A DNA stretch of 64,000 bases from an uncultured Verrucomicrobiae bacterium. Its GTDB lineage: Bacteria > Verrucomicrobiota > Verrucomicrobiia > Limisphaerales > JAFGQR01. Location: contig CAWBHS010000004.1 of assembly GCA_963788655.1 (NCBI GenBank), positions 26,349 to 90,348 on the forward strand, in the 5' to 3' direction. Both the position numbers and the translations under genes were made by a program. Positions 23,575 to 34,483 of this stretch are shown here, piece after piece; positions within the stretch are counted from its first letter, which is position 1, and each line of letters starts with the position of its first letter. The notes beneath the pieces are model-generated. The model did no database searches. It saw only the letters and a program-made list of their open reading frames with translations, and was not told the origin of the DNA.

Positions 23575-24822
23575 ATGAATCCCAAACGGTTGTTCCCCCC
23601 AATGCTGATGGCGGCACTGGCCTGCTGGCCACTGCTATCTTCAGCGCGACCCCGTCCCCCGCTGCCGCCCTGGCCGGAAGTTTTCCTGCAACGGCTGACC
23701 TTCGACGAACCTTATGCGCTACCTGCAGGGACAGGCGCTGAACGAAGCCCTAGCATTGACGCTTCGACTTGGGTGGAAAGCTGGAGCGGTTACGCCCTGA
23801 ATCGGCAGGATGATCATTTGAACCCGGTCATCATGCCCATGGTCACGACCGAGCAATGGAACGTGGCCCCGGATGCCGGTATCATTCGCTTTTGGTACAA
23901 GAGCGAGTGGACTGCGCCGGGAGTGATGGCCAACGGCGGGCCGGGACATTACGCCCGGCTGGCCGAGTTAATCACCACCACGGACAAAAAGCATCCCGTT
24001 GTTTTCTGGTCGTTGTATTTCTCGCCGGATGGCACCCAGCTTTACCTCAGTGGCGACGGGGCATCGGGGCCGGTGGATTACTTGAAGGCATCCATTTCCT
24101 GGGACAATAGTTGGCATCTGGTGGCCTTGTCATACGGACCGGAGGAAACCTCGTTATGGCTCGATGGCGCGTTGGCCGCACTTGGCCAGGGAATTCCGAG
24201 TGTGCCGATGGCGGCGGCGGGCCTGACCAGCCTGGTCATCGGGTCGGACGCGTCGGGGCGGAATACGGCCGCCGGGCAGATCGAAGAGTTTACCACGTTT
24301 GTCGGTGAACTGCCGATGTGGCAGACGGGATTCGCCTGGTATTTCCAGGCTACATGGGAAACGGCAGCCCAAGGCCCCATCTCCGCGGAAGAAGATGCAG
24401 CGTGGCTGCAACAAGCTGCCGAGTTGCAAGCCCTGCGCGACGCGGGATTGGTGGCGCAAAAGCCAGCCATGCACCCCATGCTGCTGGAATTGGAGACGGG
24501 CTTCTATTTTCTGACGCCGGAGCTTTCCGGCACCAATGTGAATCTGACGCTGGAGAATGGCGAGACCAACAAAGCCTACAATCTGTTGTTCAGCCCGGTC
24601 CTGCCCGCGTCCTACTGGAGCACGGCCATCATCGGCACAATGGGGCAGACCAATTTCACCGTCCCGCTGTCCAACTACGCCGCCTTTTTTCGGGCCGAGG
24701 AAGGGGATGATTGGGACGGCGACGGAATTAAGAACTGGGAGGATGCCGATCCGTCCGATCCGGACGTGGGCATTTTGCAGGTGACCATCGAGGCGCCGGA
24801 GGATGATTCAGTCATTCATTAA
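23575..24822 (+). CDS. Secreted LamG-like (concanavalin A fold) protein with acidic DxDGDG tail
   Basis: Signal peptide; G.IRFWYK, WHLVALSY...LWLDG...LVIGSD...GQIEE; ends 15 nt before the Rhs start. Confidence 0.7.
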   Translation: MNPKRLFPPMLMAALACWPLLSSARPRPPLPPWPEVFLQRLTFDEPYALPAGTGAERSPSIDASTWVESWSGYALNRQDDHLNPVIMPMVTTEQWNVAPDAGIIRFWYKSEWTAPGVMANGGPGHYARLAELITTTDKKHPVVFWSLYFSPDGTQLYLSGDGASGPVDYLKASISWDNSWHLVALSYGPEETSLWLDGALAALGQGIPSVPMAAAGLTSLVIGSDASGRNTAAGQIEEFTTFVGELPMWQTGFAWYFQATWETAAQGPISAEEDAAWLQQAAELQALRDAGLVAQKPAMHPMLLELETGFYFLTPELSGTNVNLTLENGETNKAYNLLFSPVLPASYWSTAIIGTMGQTNFTVPLSNYAAFFRAEEGDDWDGDGIKNWEDADPSDPDVGILQVTIEAPEDDSVIH

Positions 24823-24837
24823 TCAAGCGAGGTAACT

Positions 24838-27800
24838 ATGAAAAGATACTTGTTTTGGCAGAGTTGGATTGGGCTGGTCATCAGCGTTTCCCTGATGTTA
24901 CAGGCGCACGCGCAGACAAACACGGCTCGGACGGGACAGTTTTTCCGGGGAACCGGGAATGATCAGCAATACCACTCATTGGTGGTGGCGTTGGATTTTC
25001 AGAAGGGAATCCCCTTGGACAACATCGGGGGGATTGCCACAAACCTGTTTGATTGGAGTGCGCCCACTTACTACCACTTAAATGCGACGAATGCGGCCAG
25101 CCGGATTCCCTTTGAGAATTCGATTGTCGCTTTTGGGAGTCGGGTGGGAGGCAGCCCGCTCTATGTCGGCAGGAAGTATAGCTGGGGCGTTTACGGTGGG
25201 GAATTCGATCCCGAAATCAGCCCATATCTTTACATCGAAGCCTACTATCGGACGAACTTCGAGTTCACGAATTACTTTTTCCTTTTTCTGCCCAATCATG
25301 CTTTTTACCCTGATTATTGGCGGGACTTCGCGACCAATGGCTTTGCCACGAACCTGACGGAGTTGGGATTGACGGTTCGGGCTTACAATGTGCCTGAGCG
25401 CGCCTGGGGGGTGTCTCCCTACTACAGTTACGTGCTGACGCTGGAAGCGCAACCGGAGGCGACCAACTACATTTTTGATTTCTACTTGCTGGGATACACC
25501 GATCAGGGCGACATGGTGGTGGACGACACCGGTGATTCCGCCTACTCTGATCTATTCACCGCAGAGTTTGACGAGCGCCCTCCAGGGCAGGCCGTTTTCC
25601 TGGACCAACCCCATTTCGATGGGACGCCCTTACCACCCGAGTACGCCGGAAAATCCGTGGAAGAACTCACCAACTTCACGGCCAGTGCGACCAACGCAGT
25701 GTGGCTCACGAATGACACAGGTTATTTGACTGTCGATCAAAGCCCGGAATTGCGCCGCCATCCGCTGTTGGACCAGTTGGTTACTGATTTGCGGAATGAT
25801 CCCTTGGCTTTGACGGCTTATGTGGTGAACGAAATCGAGTTGACCGACGCGTTGGCCTACGGCGAAGACGGCCAGGTGCCGGAGGATTCGGTCAATTTGG
25901 GCGGTGTCAATCGCAGTGCGCTGGGAACGTTCCTCGAAAAGCAAGGCTCGCCAACTGAGCAGTGCGCGTTGTTGGTCTATCTGCTACGCCAGGCCGGTTA
26001 CCCGGCAGCCTACGTCTTCCACCAACAGCAATTTGGAACTGCTGGACTCGCGCTTGAGCAAGCTGCTGCGGATGCAGATTCGCGGAGCCGTAGATGAGTG
26101 GGGAAGTCCTTACACCAGCAACCGCTTGATCACGGTGAACTATCCGTGGGTGGTGGCGAACATTGACAACCGGTGCGTCCACATTTTCCCGTGGCTTAAA
26201 GACACCGAGATCGTCGAAGGATTGGATCTTTATGATTACTTACCCGCGGAATACGACTGCGGCTTCAAGTGGGTGCGTGATTATCTGTATGGAGCCACCA
26301 ACATCCTGGGCCTGAGCGCGGAGCCGACATGCCGCGGGTGTTGTTTCCCAAGTTCGTGGAACAGAGTTTGCTGGACAATTATCCCGGCCTTTCCCTGGAC
26401 GATTTGGGCGTGCGGATCGTGAACCGCCAGCATCAGTATGCGCGGTGGGAAGATTTGCCGCAGCCAAATCTCTTGACCAACCAGAGTCAGGTCGTGGTAC
26501 ACGGAAAGTCTGACGACGGCCACCAATGAACTCCCCTACTTGAGCCAGGTTTTTGACATCATGCGCGTGGAGGTGCTGCGGTCCAGCACGGCCATCCTGG
26601 ACACGGGGGAGCTGCGGATGTGCGATTTGCAAAGCCGCAAATTTCTGTTGTTCACCAACAACAGCCAACTGGTCCTGTGGCTGGCAGCCGTACCAGCCAG
26701 GCGACGACCAACCAATCCTCCTTTGACGCCTCCGATCCGGCGCTGACCAACCGGCAGGTCCTGGTAACGAACGTGCTGGAGAGCGGACAACCAATTCAAA
26801 GTCCGGTTGACCTATCAACGCCACCGGTCATTAACCAACGAGCTGGCCGTGATTCTTAAAGGTGGGGGAAACCCGTGGTTACACCAATGAGTTGATCGTC
26901 ACCAAGCGCGACGTGGCGGCACTTTGCTTCAGCGTCGGGCGCGTGACTCCAGCGATGCTGCAAATCCAAGCCGAAGACTACTGGCGCATAGAACGGCGCA
27001 AAGAAACCAACTCGGCGTACGCCCCGGCCATCGAAGACTACCAGGGGACTGCGGTTTATTTGATGGGGATGAGTTACTTTGAGCGTGCAGGCGAGTTTCA
27101 GCGGCTCAACCAGAATCTCCACAAAGTGCAAATGGTCTCTCGCTTTGCCGAAGGGTTGTCGAAACTCACCACCACCGAAGTCGGCGGCACGACGAAGGTG
27201 CAACCTGGGGTGGATATGCTTCACAACGAAACGGCCATCGCCGGCAACCGCACCGTACATCCGGATTCGGGGGAGGACCCCACCGCGGCTCAAGTCGTTT
27301 CTTTGGCTCGACCTGGCCAGCAGTTCGGCCGAAGAACACGCGATGCTCAACCAATTCTTTGGGGAAACCAATTCGATCTCCACGGTGAAATTGCTCCAAT
27401 TGGCGCAACAGCGCGCTGGTCCGAACCTGCGAAGGGATCGTCCAACTGGACGAGAACAATTACGTGGCGCGAGGAAATCAAGCGTCAACCGATTATGGTG
27501 GCACCTTGCTGAAGGACTATGATCCAGTGGCATGGAACGAGGTAACCTCGGTTTTTAGCCAGAACGAGGCCCGCTTCGCTTTGGTGTATATGACCCCGGC
27601 CGGGATCAGCAACGAGACGGCCTCATACAAAGGCATGGGCACCTTCCTATTCCATCCGCTGGGCGGCATTTCTCTAATTAGCACCAATTTGAACGGCGGC
27701 TACGGCAGTTACAGCCGACTTCCAGGCCGACGCGGGGTCGGAGGACAACTACCTGAACTATTCCTTGTTTACGGCGGACGACAACTCGTTCTACTTCGGC

Positions 27801-30800
27801 CATAACGACCAAGAGGACACTTATTTCCAAAGTTCGTACTCCGCCTACGACGCGAGCCGGTATTTTAATGACACGTGGTCGCTGATACCTTCAATCTTCC
27901 AATACGATACTTCCTGGCAGATCGACGCGCTCTTCAGCTTGGGCGCTCGTCGTTCACCGATTCGGAATGGCGCGCGTACAACAGCGGGTTTTTTGGTCCC
28001 TCAGATTGGGTGGACTCAAAATCGAGTTTTGTTGCCGACCCGGTTAATCCTTTAACCGGCGAGTTCTACATCGACGCCGTGGACCTGTCCTTGCCGGGGC
28101 CGATGCCGCTGCAAATCCGGCGCAATTATCTGAGCCAAAATCGTTCGGAAAACCAGTTCGGCATCGGCTGGAAATGGAGCTTCACCCCCTACCTGGTCGT
28201 GACCACCAACGCGGCGGAAATGCCGATCATCTACGCCGCCGAAATGGCAGGTTCGGTCGTGGCCTATCGCTTCCACACCAACGAGATGTGGCGGCCGGCG
28301 TGGGAAGACAATCCCAGCCTGAACAACAACAACAACGCCGGCATCGGCTCCGTCGCGAACATGATGAATGCCTGGCTGGCGCGGGCCGAAACCAACGGGG
28401 TGGAAACCTACGAGCTCAACACTCCCAATGGGAGTGTGCGCCTTTACGAGACGATGTCCTTTCCGATTGTCACCAGTTCCAACACCCTGGCGCGCACCCG
28501 TCCTTACCTGGTCCGCTGGGAAGACGCCCGCGGTAATTTCTACACGTTCACCTACGGCACCAATGCCAGCGGCGGTGGACTATGGGGAACTTATCCGCAT
28601 CGAGAGCAGCAACGGAGGCTACCTGGGCCTGTATTATGACACCCATGGCCGCATCCGCGAAGCATACACCGGCGATGGCCGCCGGCTGAGCTACCGGTAT
28701 GATAACTATGGCGATCTGGTGCAGGTGACCTTCCCGGACGCGTCGCAAATTGATTACGGATACGCCCAGTACACCTTCACGACCAACAGCCAGACCTTCA
28801 CTGATTCGGACCATCTGCTGGTGCGCGAACTCAAGCCGGACGGGCGGGTCCTGCAAAACGAATATGACCCGCAGCGGCGCGTCACGAATCAATGGGCCAC
28901 CGTCGGGCCGGACCTCCGATTGGTGCGCACCGCGTCGTTCCTCTACACCAACAATTACGATCCGACCAACCTCACGTTGACCCTCACCGGGACCACGACC
29001 CTCCTGGATTACACCAACCGGGCGACGACTTACTGCTACACCAACAGCCTCCTGCGGCGCGTGCGCGATCCGCTGAATTACGAAGCGCTCCAGGAATGGT
29101 ACAAAGTGGGCGAAACCAATCCGCCCGCTTCCCGCGCAGCCTGAAGCAAGTCACCGACCGGCGGGGATTGGTGACCGAATATCAATACGATGAACGCGGC
29201 AACGTGACCAACCAGACCGTGCGCGGCGACTTGCTGGGCGACGGCGATACCAACACCGTGGCCACCCAACGGGCGGTGTTCAACGCACAAAACCTGCCGC
29301 TGCGCATTGAAACCGCTCGCGGCACGACCAACTGGTTTTACTACACGAACACCTGGCTGCTTAGCGGCGTGTCCCAATGGGGCCTCAATGCCACGACGGC
29401 CGAGGCCATCACCAATGGGTACAATATTACAACGTCACCAACACGGTGAGCCTCGGCGGCACGGTGTTTACGAACGTGGCCTTGGGTTTGAAACATCGCG
29501 CCATTCGCGCCGAGGGCACCACCGAGGCGGCCACCGACGAATGGTGGCACGATGGCCGCGGTTGGCCGACGCAACTCCGCTACCCCGGCACCAGCGATTC
29601 GAATGTGGTGACCACCTACTTTTACAGCGACCGGGGCGAGGTCCTGGCCCAAGCCGATGCCGCCGGGCGGAGGACCGAAATGGGCTACGACAACCTGGGG
29701 CGGCCCATCGCGCGCGAAGTGTTCGAGCCCGGAGCCACGGTGCCCCTGGCCTGGGATTACACCTATTACAACGAGAACGGCGAAGTGACCTGGACCGACG
29801 GGCCGCGTTACGATCCGGAGGACTATGTCTGGCGCGATTACGATGGGGCGGGCCGAAGACGGTCGAAATCCACTGGCGCACGCGGGCCAAAGCCGATGGC
29901 AGCGGCGTGGAGGCCGGCGCCGATCCGCTCGCTCCCAACGCTGCCAACGAGCCAGGGGACGACGGGCTGTATGCCACGACCTATTGCGATTACGATCCCT
30001 TTGGCAACCTCGTCCGCGTCACCGATCCACGGGGCAACTATACGCTCAAGATTTATGATGGGCTGAACCGCCTGGTGCGGGAGGAAACGTATGCGGCCGA
30101 CAACACGTTGATGGCGACCAACGGCCTGGCTTACAATGCGGCCGGCGACGTGACGGACCCGTGCAACGGGCTGGGCGCCGCCACCCACAAGCTCTACACC
30201 AGCCGGGGCCAAGTGAAATGGCAGGCCAACGCCGACGGCTCGACCAACGCCTGGACTTATTACGCCGATGGCCGGTTGCGCCGGGAAATCCAGCGCAACG
30301 GCGCGTATTGGGAACCACCTACGACGATGCTGCCCGGACGGTGACGCGCGTGTTCTACACCGCCGGCGACTCGCCGCTCGCGACGAATACCGTCGAGTTC
30401 GACCGGCGGGGCAACGCGGTCCAGGGCACCGATGCCGGCGGTTACACCTGGACGGCCAGCTATGATGGTTTGGACCGGGTGAAAGTGGCGGCGGGACCGC
30501 TGGTGACCAACCTGGTGGCCACCGGCATGGACCCCGAGGAATACACCACCAACCTCATCCAACAAAGCACCACCTACACCTACAGCGCGAGCGACCAGGT
30601 GCTGGCGGTGCAGAACGCTCTGGGTGAAACCACGGTGGCCACCAACGACGCGTTGGGCCGGGTGATCTGGAGCGGCACCTACGCTTCGAACAGCGCCACA
30701 CCGTTGCGCGTGACCAGCACCCTCTATCGGCCGACCACCACAGCGCCACCGTGACCGCCGGTACGGGCGACAATGCCGTCACCCCACGACGTTCACGGAC

Positions 30801-33800
30801 ACCGCGGGCAATCCGTTGTTGACCATCAGTTGCCCCGACACCGGGATCGCCGAATACGCGCTGAGCCGCTACGACGTGGCCGGCAACCGCGACCTGGCAA
30901 GGCCGTTACAGCAACACCAACGGCGCGGTCGACGCTCTGGCAGACCAACGCCTGGACCTCGACGGACTAAACCGCGTGCTGACCGAAACCACCCGCGACG
31001 GCGCGACCACCACCTTCGAGCGGGACGCGCTGGGCGACGTGACCGGCCGGGAAATGCCCAGCGGGCTGACCTGGTCGGCCACCTACACCAGCGACGGGCG
31101 TATCTTGACGGAGCACGATTCGGCGGCACCAACACCACGCGGAGCACGACTTACAGCTATTACGGAAGCGGTGCTCCGTGGTCGGGTAAACTCTACACCG
31201 TGACCGATGGACGGAGCGTTACGCAGACTAACACCTACGATGACTGGTTGCGGGTGGCCAGCGTAACCACCAGCGGGAACGAAGACGAAGAAGAAATGAC
31301 CGTCAGTTGGTCCTACGACGCGCGGGGAATATTAACAAACCTGGTGCAATCCTTCGCCAACACCAACACCGGACCAAACGACCGCCGTACGGCGGGATTA
31401 CGACGCCTACGGCGCGGTGACTGGGAATGGTTGGCGCTCGATGGCGCGACGCCGGGCGCGCGGCATCAAAGCTGGGACAGCGCCGGCCGGCGAAACGGCC
31501 TGCGGCCGGCACCTGGAACGTTCCCTTCGCCTACGGCGCCGACGGCCTGATGACTCAGGCGGGCGAGGCGACCTTCGGTTACGGCGACAATGGATTGCTG
31601 ACCACCCGCACCAACAGCCATCGCACGTCATGGTCACGTCTCGCGATGGAACCGGTCGGCGCTTGGAAACGACCACGACCGCGACAGCAACGACTTGACC
31701 GAGACGTTGACCTGGCGCGGCGACGGCCTGCTGACCGATTACACGGCCACCCGCAGCGACTTCACCGACACGCGGCACTACGCTTATCAGGATTGGAGCC
31801 AACGGTGCTTTAGAAAGCCTGTATCTCGGCAGAGCCAACCGCTGACGAACAATTACGATTACGATCAAGGAACGGCCGGCGGTTTGGGCGTGCTGACGGC
31901 GGCCAGCCAATCCTCGGCCGAACTACCTGGCCAGTGGGGCTTGCCCAGCAGTGGCGGAATGGACGGGTTAAGCCGCGTGGTGCAGGCCACCAACACCGTG
32001 GTCAAGCGCACCGCCCACGGCCAGGTGAATGGCGCGGCGTCTCTACGGGCCGACCTCAATAATCGTCCGCTTGCCATCCGCCACGATTCGACTCAAGCAG
32101 GCCAATGGCTGGCCGACATGGAATTGGTCGCCGGCACCAACACGCTGGAAATCATCGCCGAGCATCCCGAGCCACCAGTTCAGCACGAACACCAGCAGTT
32201 CGTTTACGCTCACCAATGCCGCAGCCGATCTGGCGAATGCACTTATGACGGCAACGGCAATGTCACCCAGCGCGTCTGGAAAAACCACACCAACGGCACC
32301 GTTCGCACGCAGACCCTCACGTGGGATGCGTTCAACCGTTTGGCCGCAGTGACCGAGCGCGATGCCGAGGACCAACGGCTACAACTGGCAAGCCGTCTTC
32401 GATGGCCTGGGCCGCCGCGTGCAAACGCTCGTGACGCTGGTCAGCAACAACACCGAAACGGCTACCGCGACGCTCAACCACTACTACGATCCGAGCGTGG
32501 AGTTCCTGGAAATCGGCGTTTCGGTGAACGGCGTGACAACCTGGAAACTCTACGGTCCTGATGGCGATGGCGGCTACGGCAGCCAGCAAGGCCTTGGTGG
32601 ATTGGAAACGTTGAACACGGGCAGTCCCAACCAGAGCACCGGGCGTCATTCAGGACCACTTCGGCAACGTGCTGGCCGGTATTGCCGGCGGTTCGGTCAC
32701 TTGGGCTGCCGCTCGCCTCACCAGCTACGGTCCAGTCGAAGGAACCCAATTACCGACGCTTTCGTTCACCCCGCTGACCGCCGAGCACCTCGCCTGGCGC
32801 GGCAAGTGGCGCGACGTGACCGGCGACTTCTACTGGGGCGCGCGCCCGTACGATGCGCGCCATCGGGCCTTTATCGCCTTCGACACGGCGGGTCACGCGG
32901 CAACGCCCGACGGTTACTCAGCCTTCGGCGGCAATCCCGTCATGCTCTGGGACCCGGATGCGCGCTGTAATAACACCCCATCTGCCAACGTGCCGATGGT
33001 GCCGTGGCCAGACAGCGCGTTGGACCTCGAGATCGATGATACACTCAGGAATCTGCAAACCATCAACACGGGCTACGCGCTGCGCCGCGAAGCCCAGGAA
33101 GCTTATGCGGCCGACCAAGTGAACCGCGCGCTGTGGGATTACCAACTCAATCAGCAGATTGACCACATGTGGGACCAAACGCCACAACGCGCCTATGCGG
33201 GCGCCGCGTGGCAACAGGAGACCGAGCGTTTACGGTACGAATCGACGCCGACGCCCGATCTAAGTTGGTCCCAGCAGTGGCGCTACGACCCGACCGGAAC
33301 GTTCGATAACGCGCTGGCGACCACGGCGAACATTGTGACCCTGGGGACTGCCAACTCAGCGAGCATCGCTTTCAGCGGGAGTGATTTGTGGGGCAAGGGC
33401 GGTTACTCGACAGGCCAGCGGGCGACTGAGGGATTGTTTCTGGTGAGCATGATCGCGCCGGCAGGTGGACTGGGGCTCAGGGCGGAAGAAGGATTGCTGG
33501 GGGCCGCAGAGGGGTTAGGCAGATATGAGGTTGGGTCATACAACGTGCTGCGCGAAGGAGCGGAAGCTGGCTTGGACGCTCATCACGTCGGGCAGAAGGC
33601 CTTAATGAGGCAATTCGTCGAGGGCTACGACCTCCGAACTGCACCTTCAATCTTAGTTCCAAAAGCTGGTCATACACGTGGCGCAGATGTTCTGTCGCGG
33701 AACATGAGCGGCTTCAACAACGCGCGAGACGTTATCGCAAGAGACATTTGGGAGCTTCGGCGAGTTATCTTGGACATCCCGAACAGCCAGCTTCAGCGTT

Positions 33801-33844
33801 TGATAGAACTGAACAAACAAATGTATCCTGAGGTTAGGAGGTAA
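24838..33844 (+). CDS. Giant Rhs/YD-repeat polymorphic toxin (signal peptide, transglutaminase-like, DUF6531, YD core, HNH-like C-terminal toxin); many frameshifts
   Basis: MKRYLFW...AHA signal; LLRQAGYPAAYV; DPVNPLTGEF...LQIRRNY...FGIGW; YD repeats; GARPYD...NPVMLWDPD; tip LDAHHV...APSILV...GH; stitched from about 15 overlapping ORFs. Confidence 0.85.
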
Positions 33845-33848
33845 TGGT

Positions 33849-34193
33849 ATGACACCCCAGGAATTTGTTTCATGCATTCGGCGCGAGGTTTTGGAAGAGA
33901 GTCTTAAGATGTATCGGCAAAGCCTTGAACGCTCAGCTTCGACTCCGACCGGGCGAGACACATACTGGCCGGAAATGACCGAGTTTTACCAGTCGCTCAA
34001 CGAAGAACAGCGACCGCAGTTTATGGATGGAATCCGGCAGGTACTGGTGGACACTTTGTCCAATGTCTTCGGAATCCTCGACGGCTCGACTCTGCTGGAA
34101 AAGCATCGAGATTACTTCCATCTCACCTATGGCGACGAACCACAAGAACTGAATGGTGAACTCCAAGATCTATTCCTGTCGCCTGAAACCTGA
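33849..34193 (+). CDS. Putative immunity protein for the main Rhs toxin
   Basis: 114-aa ORF 4 nt after the toxin stop, with a GGAGG RBS and composition distinct from the Rhs core. Confidence 0.75.
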   Translation: MTPQEFVSCIRREVLEESLKMYRQSLERSASTPTGRDTYWPEMTEFYQSLNEEQRPQFMDGIRQVLVDTLSNVFGILDGSTLLEKHRDYFHLTYGDEPQELNGELQDLFLSPET

Positions 34194-34214
34194 AAATGCT
34201 GTGAACGAGTAATG

Positions 34215-34469
34215 GAAATGAACTTCACACGCCAACCATAGAAAGGCCCGAGTTGCCAAAAGAAGTTAAAACGCTGGACCAGCTTCTCAGCTACGCACCC
34301 TTCGCAGGCGCAGGAAAGCTCACCTACGTCAGACTGAACATCCCAATGCCCTGCCCGCCTCGTGGCACTGTCCTGGTCAACACAAGGACGTGGTTTTGCG
34401 AGCCTGTTTCATCTCAGCACGCCCGGTTCGCTTTCAGTCAGGGATGCGACCGTTCCAGCTAGGTTGGCG
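34215..34469 (+). repeat. ~250-nt non-coding cassette-boundary element, copy A
   Basis: gaaatgaacttcacacgccaaccatag ... cagctaggttggcg; homologous to 36689-36787 and 40423-40672. Confidence 0.85.
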
Positions 34470-34483
34470 CTTTGGATAAGCCC

